NCBI GenBank assembly: GCA_009602725.1
Contig: WELB01000011.1
Location: 95,912 to 159,911 of the forward strand
DNA length: 64,000 nt
Reading direction: 5' to 3'
From: Spirogloea muscicola
Taxonomy: Eukaryota
Every line of letters starts with the position of its first letter. Positions within the stretch are counted from its first letter, which is position 1. The translations under genes were made by a program, and so were the position numbers. Below are positions 54,464 to 64,000 of this stretch, piece by piece. The notes beneath the pieces were generated by a model that was not told where the DNA came from, did not search any database, and saw nothing but the letters and a program-made list of their open reading frames with translations.

Positions 54464-57400
54464 ATGCCGCGCGCCGACCGCGCCGCCAGGCACGAGCCGT
54501 CGGAGAACGCCAGCGTTGCTGCGCCGTCGCGCACGAAGAGACACGCTGCAGCTGGAGCTGCCGCCGCCGCCGCTGCCGGGCCGGAGCCTGCGGTGCTGGC
54601 GGAGCGCAATTTGGCCCTGGAGAATGAACTGGCTTCCATGACCATGGCGCTGGAGAAGGTCTCCCTGGAGAAGCGACATGCTGAGACGCTGCTGCAGGAG
54701 AGAGAGGCTGCGCTGGTGCAGAAGGCGGAAGAGGCCAAGAAGCTCGCTGGCAAGGTCAAGGACCTCCAGAATACCAAGGTCTTCGCTCCGAAGCTGGTAA
54801 GCAGGTGCTGCAGGCTGCTACTCTTGATATCATGAGAAGACCAATTGAAAAAGCACAGTTGGCTTTCGATACGGGGCAGCCCTTTGTTGAGGGGAAAGAT
54901 AGATTATCTGCCAGGAGCAGAGTCTAACAACGACAACGAACATGACTTACGAGCACGGCGCATCGTACTGGTAATATACCGAATCCAGCTAATAGACTTG
55001 CTCGTCTTCGAGCAAATGTGGTCCAAGACCAGCCAAAGACATGAGTTGCATGTCCTACTGTGCAGGATATCATGCCACAAACCACCACAGAGCCAGATGG
55101 CAAGAAGGAAAGAAGGGACCCCAACAAGCCCAAGCCACCCGCTTCGACATTCCTTCTGTGGTGCAATGACCATCGTGGCGAGGTGATATTGGCTGCATCT
55201 GCTTTGTCACCTAGTCGTTCAATCTCATATTCCTGGCAGCTGACTCTGCCGATGTGTAAAGAGAGACGCAACTCTCCAAGGATAAGTTGCAGCTAAAGTA
55301 ATGCACAAGCTCAAAATCGCAGCTGTTGGTCTGCTTGACATCTTTCACTTTTGCAGCTGCCTTGCTTCAAATAAGCTCAGTCATGGTTGAAGCCATCCAA
55401 CTTGTTTGTAGGAATATATCCTACACACAAGTTCTTAATGTTCACTTTGCACCTGGCAGATCTCCAAGAAACACCCGCACGCAACTTTTGGTGAGCTTTC
55501 GGCTGCCCTTGGAGAGGCATGGAAAGCAGTGAGTGAGAAGGAGAAATTGCCGTATGTTGCTGCAGCCGACATTGAGTCCTCCAAATACAAGACAGCCAAA
55601 GAGGAATATGAGAAGGTGAGCTGCCTAGCAATGTTGTGAGGTTGATGGTCCTACATGTAAATGCTGATGAAGTCAGCAGACGAACGTGCAATAATAGGCT
55701 CCTCTTCATCCAATGTAGTGACAAGACTTTTCAATTCTTGGAGAAGAGAGGATATTATGTTGGGCTGTGGTGGCTTTGAATTACTTACATTGCAATGTTC
55801 TCGATGCTTGTTGGTATCCAGAATATTGCCTGCAAAAAGCGTGAGACTGATGCCCTCATAAAGCTCAAGGAGGAGAAGCGGGCTGAAGCTGCCATGGATC
55901 TCCTGAGGCAATTCGAGCTGCACCAACTTGTAAGTACAAGCTTCAGTGACTGCAAACTGCTCAGAAGTACAGACTTTGTTGATGTTAGCCCACTTTAAGG
56001 TGTCAAGGACGCCAAGGCCATTTGCACCCAACTCAATGCCTCATGCTAGTGACCTCTAATACCCCCTTGTGCTGCTTGTCACAGGAAGCCCAGGAAATAG
56101 ATGGCAAGCCTAAGAAGTGAGTCAAAGCTGTCCATCCCTACCTGCCCTATACTGGGTGACTGCCTTCTCCGCAGTAGCTTGGTGTACTTAGTGGACACTG
56201 AGGACTGTGGTTGCAGGAAGGAGAAAGATGACACCAAACCTAAGGCGCCAGTGACTGCCTTCTTTGAGTACTGCAAGCAGCGACGTACTGTTTTGGCCAG
56301 CGAAGGCATCAGCTTGACAGTGCCCGAGGTCTGTACATGGGTGATACTATTCTATGCTCCTAGAATGGTGAACTCGTACAGGGTCTCCACCTTGCATCTT
56401 CACCTCAGAATACTTGTCACGCCTGTGTTGCTTATCACGTATCTCATCTCCCTAATTTGAATCTGACTAACAGGCGGGCAAGAAGCTTGGTGAAGAATGG
56501 AACCTGCTGTCAGAGAAGCAGAAGGCTCCATACGAAGAGGTACCTTGCGACATCATTTGTGGATTATGTCAAGCCACAATGGGGGTCAGTGTATGCAGTT
56601 GTTCTCAGCCCTCTCCAAAACAAGCAATTTTACTGTACATAGGTAGCTGCTGCCGATCGTGCGCGATACGTAGAGGAGATGGTGGTCTACAAGCTCCAAA
56701 AGCAGCAGGTGAGGCCCTTTCACGATTTCCTTCATTGCCAGGCGAGACATGCACAACTCAAGTATACACAACTCTCTCAGTAGCAACCCTGTTTGACAGT
56801 TGCGAGAAGCTGTAGATAGCATGGAGGTGGACCACAATGCCCTGTGTATGCCTGTCAGGAGCTGGAGGCTATCAAGGCCCTGGCCAATGCTGCACTAGCA
56901 AAGGATCAAGAGGAAGCACGCCAGATGATTTGCCGTGAAGATGAGGAGCTTGCCAAGGTCGCTGCAAAGGCCACAAAGGTAAGAGCTTTATGTGAATTCA
57001 GCCATCAACAAGTACTCTCAGACAGTAACTCAGTGAAGTTTGGGAAGTATCGATACAATTTGACACGAGTAGGGAGCCAATAGGTAAAGAGGTCCAGCCA
57101 GAGTTGGCTTAGCTATGTGATGAGTCTGATTATCTCAATGATTATCTCATTGTGCAGCTTGCCAAGCTTTCGGTACCCAAGCAGCCCAAGGTGGCATCCC
57201 GGGTACCTGACATGCCAAAGCGCCCGCCCACCAGCTACATCCTTTTCAGGTCCAAGACATAGAGAAGCAATTCTGTAGGCTAGCCGTTAGGTGCTTACTT
57301 ACTCCAGCGTATACTTCCATGAAAGCTCCTACTGTCAACATGCTGATCTAATGTCTCGGTTTGACATACACAATTCGTTGTGCTTGACAAAGGATGGCTG

Positions 57401-57795
57401 ATATGCACGCGCCTACATATTGGTGCACCAGCAGCTTGACCTGTACATGTTGCTCCTGCATGATAGTAACTCGGTGCGTCAAGAGCTTGCTGCTGGTGGC
57501 GGGGCAAAGCTGTCCCTTCAAGAGGCAACTGGCATCATCTCGAATAAGTGGCAGGTACACACACCCTGGCTCGGGCCCTTGTGCAATTGAAAAGAGTCTG
57601 TCTGATCTATAAATCGGGCTGAACATTGACAGCCTGTGGGGCTGACCACATCAACAGGCTCTCCACGCGGATGAGAAGGGTCATTGGGCACAGGTGGCTG
57701 CTCCTGCCTGGAATGACTACAAGGCTGCCATGAAGGCCTACCGCCTCAGTCACCCTGACATGTTGGACACGGAGTCGGTTACGGGATGCTCATGA
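54464..57795 (+). CDS. Plant 3xHMG-box protein (HMGB6/HMGB13 type)
   Basis: N-terminal coiled coil (LEKVSLEKRHAETLLQERE) and three HMG boxes: DPNKPKPPASTFLLWC, KPKAPVTAFFEYC, MPKRPPTSYILF. Confidence 0.9.
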
Positions 57796-58725
57796 TGTGG
57801 ACAATGGGACAAGCGCATGGGAGTACCTCAATCAATTAGGAGGTTCTGCACAGCATGATGAACTAGTCAATTTGTCAGTGATGATGTATCTCAATCGTAG
57901 CGGCGCTCATAAGTGCAGTTGCCGTCTTGTTCTGCTGACTAGCAGGCGTAGAAGCCATGTGGAGGTACGGAAAGCACACGTGCCTATCTCAGAGCTGGAT
58001 GGGCAAAGACTACTTTGTCCTCTGAGCTGCTTCTTACTTACTAATTGTAGATAATTTATGTATGGTGATGAGGATGGGTGCTGTGAGGACGATGGCCAGC
58101 CTGAGTTCAGACGGCTGTTCCTTAGTAGCCTACAGTGCACATTCCTATCAGCTCTCTTATTATGTCAGTTTAAAGGATTGCTTACTCTTCTCGCCTGACC
58201 CTCCAGTGCATCAGCCCATCTGATGCCTTAATGTGCTGCATTGCAGCATTCTAGGTGATGCTCAGGCAGGCCCTATTACAAGCAAAGTCCTTGCCAGCAG
58301 TGGCCACTGCAGTTGTTAGCCAGCGTCATTGGCAGGGTGGGGGAGATGGCCACCACAAAGGAGCTGAAAGTGCCTGCCTTCTGGATGGCGGCCGCTGGAG
58401 TGGGTGGGAATCTCGTTGCCTCATGTACTTCAGAAACATGTTACGTACAGGTCGAAACATTGGATAACGAGGCGCATTAGAGTCACCGGGTCCACTTTTC
58501 CGGGCGACTTCTCAATCAAGAGAATTCTTGATTAGGTGACCGAGGCGGCCCGCGAACTGTCCTCTCCCAGCGCGCCGGGAGCTCCCGGTCAAGCGCCGCA
58601 TTCTCAAATGCAAAGCTTTCTCCATGCTCAACCGTCACTTCAGCGTGCCATTTTAGTTGACTGATGCATCCGTATAGCATGACCCAGCGACTGGCAAGCA
58701 ATGTGAGCTGCATCGGAGGGGCGTT

Positions 58726-61258
<2,533 letters not shown>

Positions 61259-61259
61259 T

Positions 61260-61301
<42 letters not shown>

Positions 61302-62901
61302 GGGCCTGAGAAAGGCTCTGCGCAGAGCCTAGATCCTTTGTGGCCATCTAGCAGCGCTGGATTGAGACGTGACTGGTCTGCCGTCCCTCGGAGGCCCCCA
61401 GGACTTTAAGCGCATCTGCGTATACTTGCGGGGCTCCCCGCAGACCATGCTTTGCCATGTGGCGTATACTTCTGTGGCTCCAGCACGAAACCCACGGTAA
61501 CTTGCTAATACCATCCTTTACTAACGTCCTGTGACCTTCACAAAGAGAGAATCTGCAGAGGGGAAATTTGAACTGCCTGATGAATCGGTGGCCGTGACAG
61601 AAAGCCCAAAGAGAACCAACGAAGTCCACGGGAAAGCTCAACGTGGGTAAAAAAAACCACTCAGCAAGATGAGTGGCTTCACGGATGACCAATCAGTGAA
61701 CACGAGCCTCTACAACTGCAAGTCACAACAACTAGCAGCAGGATGTGAGTCGCCCCGCCGATATGCTGTTCTTGGCAGCCAAGGCATGGCCAGTGGGCAT
61801 AGGCAACGGAAGAAGACTGCGCGAACTGCTCAGTTGAGCAAGGAGACGCTTACAGTGGTACACCAAAGCCAGCAGTCCACTGGCAATTATGTGGCTGTAT
61901 TATGCTGCCCCTGCTGTCGGACGCACATCGCAACAATCACCTGGGGAGGTGGCACTGGAGGAAATTGGTCAGGGGCAACCTGGAGCCTTGCGGATTGCTT
62001 CCCACTTGCAATGCCCAGCCTGCTTTTGTTCAGCTATCTGCCCCATCAATTAATGGGCCATGTTTCAACTCAGGGGCACAGTGCTCCAAATGGCTGCACA
62101 GTGAATACATCTGCCGAAACTTTGGCAATGGTGGGCTGGAGTGGAGCGGCCTTGTGACTCTTCTACGTAAAGCAAACCCAGCATAAATCATCGACTCAAT
62201 CACTCAATCAACAAACGAGAGGACGCCTTCTGACTTGCCAAATGACATGCCAGGCTGCAGCTACAAGGGCAAGCAAGACCGTATAATGGCGATGTGAAAG
62301 GAATGCTTGTGGCTTCCTCAACCATTGTCCCTCCCAAATCACAATAAGTTGCAATTTTGCCCACTCTGATCAGTGCAGCCTTAAGCCTAAGATGAAGCAA
62401 AAGAAAGGGGTCTAATCTAGTATGGCACTAGTGATAGATGATCTTGACTATCAGAGGACTGCAAAGCAATCTAGGACAATGGAGAACAATGGCTACCGTT
62501 ACGTGTTGCCCAATATGTGCTGCGGCACACCTACTGCAGCGACAATATCTACAAAATGACCTGATCAATAGCTGATCAACAAGAATGCATACACCCATCA
62601 CCAATAAGATCATCTGCACAGATTAATCGATGTCAACTGTCAATTGTCGATTGTCAATTGTCATCCGAATTTTGCAAGATTTATCACATCTCTGTGGGGG
62701 CAGCACAAAGTATGCGAGTATGTACACGGAATCAAGGCAAGCAATTGCTTCTGGTCATCGAGGATACAATGGTCATCGAGGATACCATAGGATTGCCTGA
62801 TAGTCATGAAGTTGCATCACAAGATCACACATACTTGCCAATTTAATCTTCTGTATAATACACGACATATTCTTGCCCAATCCTGAGAAGCTTGCATCCA
62901 A

Positions 62902-64000
62902 TCACCTTGTGGCTGCCGGTTGAGCTTTCTGAAGGCTGGCCAGCTCTTCAATAAGCTTGCGTTCATCTCCAGATAGCCGCTTTGGTATTTCGACCTGCAC
63001 CTTGACGAGCTGGTCGCCCCGCTGGCTCGACTTGCCCAGGTATGGCACTCCCCTCTTCGCCATCACGAGCGTTGTACCAGGCTGCACCAGATATGACGTG
63101 GATGATGACAACTTCAGAGCCAGAGTATAAGGTAGGTACTGTCCAGGTCCCATGAAGTCTACAGGGTGACAAAACAAATGCACATTTCTTGCTTTCTACT
63201 TGAAACATCATCTACATGAGTCTCGTATCTGTGCTTCTCCAAGATACATGCCAAAAGGAGAGCCCATATCCTCCACCTCTCTCATGGATGCGGTTGCTTT
63301 ACCTTCTGACCCTTCTAGACACAAATGGAAAAGCAACATTGAGTTGCCCCTTTACCTGGGTGCCAGCTGGTATTCTCAAGTCCACGTCCCCGTCAACGGT
63401 GGGTACTTTACTTGTAGAGCCCAGGATGGCGTCGAGGTACGACACTTTCACGGTGTACAGAATGTCGTTGTTGTCTCGCCGCAGCTGTGGGTCGCTGAGC
63501 ACATCGATGAAGACATAGAGGTCCCCAGGCGGCCCTCCTTTCCGACCTGCACTGCCTTCATTGCGCACCCGCAATCTACTCCCAGCATCGACTCCTGGAG
63601 GAATCTGGCACAACAGAGACCAAGCAAAGAAATCACTTCACCGAGGCAGGGAATCATCCAGTACCTCTAAGTAATCAACAAGTTCAAAGTGTATCTAATA
63701 AGTTTCTTGCTGCAACTTTGCAAAGACAATGCTTGTATTCGCCCAGACACCTTGCATGGACCCGTAAGTTGAGCAGCCAGTAAAAGAGCCAAAAGCTACT
63801 CCTGGCATGATGTCACGTGCTTCCTGCCAGTGACCCCACCCATGGCATAAGAAAGTGGCAAAGCAGAAGGCGCAAAGACCTTGAGATTTATGCGCTTGGT
63901 CTTCCTGACACGGCCATCTCCCCCACATGTCTGGCACGGCGTGGTCTTCTCGCCGCTGCCGCCGCAAGTGGAGCACGTCGACACCTGCTGGAAGCTGCCC
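62902..64000 (-). CDS. Type I DnaJ chaperone (plastid DJA-like), 3' exons only
   Basis: CSTCGGSG and CQTCGGDG zinc-finger repeats, [57 protein letters not shown]. Confidence 0.96.

Noticed and set aside
61785..62000. Histone H3-like remnant (KKTAR...PGEVALEEIGQGQ)
   Set aside because: Only short motif similarity across different frames, with no histone fold downstream.

Overview
Gene-dense, intron-rich eukaryotic nuclear DNA from a green plant. The gene set (GAPB with C-terminal extension, pectinesterase, 3xHMG-box, CYSTM, core alpha-1,3-fucosyltransferase, PLR1) together with a DNA polymerase iota suggests a streptophyte alga or early-diverging plant; this is inference. About 19 spliced genes can be read: SAHH (3' end), a DUF674-like protein, a small BAG-domain protein, pectin methylesterase, SERF, an ARM-repeat protein, an MRS2/CorA Mg2+ transporter, Pol iota, GAPB, TRM8, CYSTM, an alpha/beta hydrolase, an LTA4H-like M1 aminopeptidase, PLR1, a GH5 mannanase, 3xHMG-box, a GT10 fucosyltransferase, a plastid-type DnaJ (3' part) and one unassigned ORF. 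Most interesting: (1) an MRS2 channel with a C-terminal EF-hand whose loop is split by an intron; (2) a Pol iota catalytic core carrying a Pol eta-style UBZ/NLS/PIP tail; (3) a dispersed GGGCTGG-CTTTT-CCAGCCC hairpin repeat family forming an array and a 91-bp inverted repeat; (4) degenerate telomere-like clusters at the edges of GC-rich islands; (5) two head-to-head genes whose first ATGs overlap on one CATG; (6) a GH5 mannanase with microbial-type motifs. All gene models were spliced by eye and family assignments come from recalled motifs, not database searches. Two N-gaps and several single-n joins limit some 5' ends.
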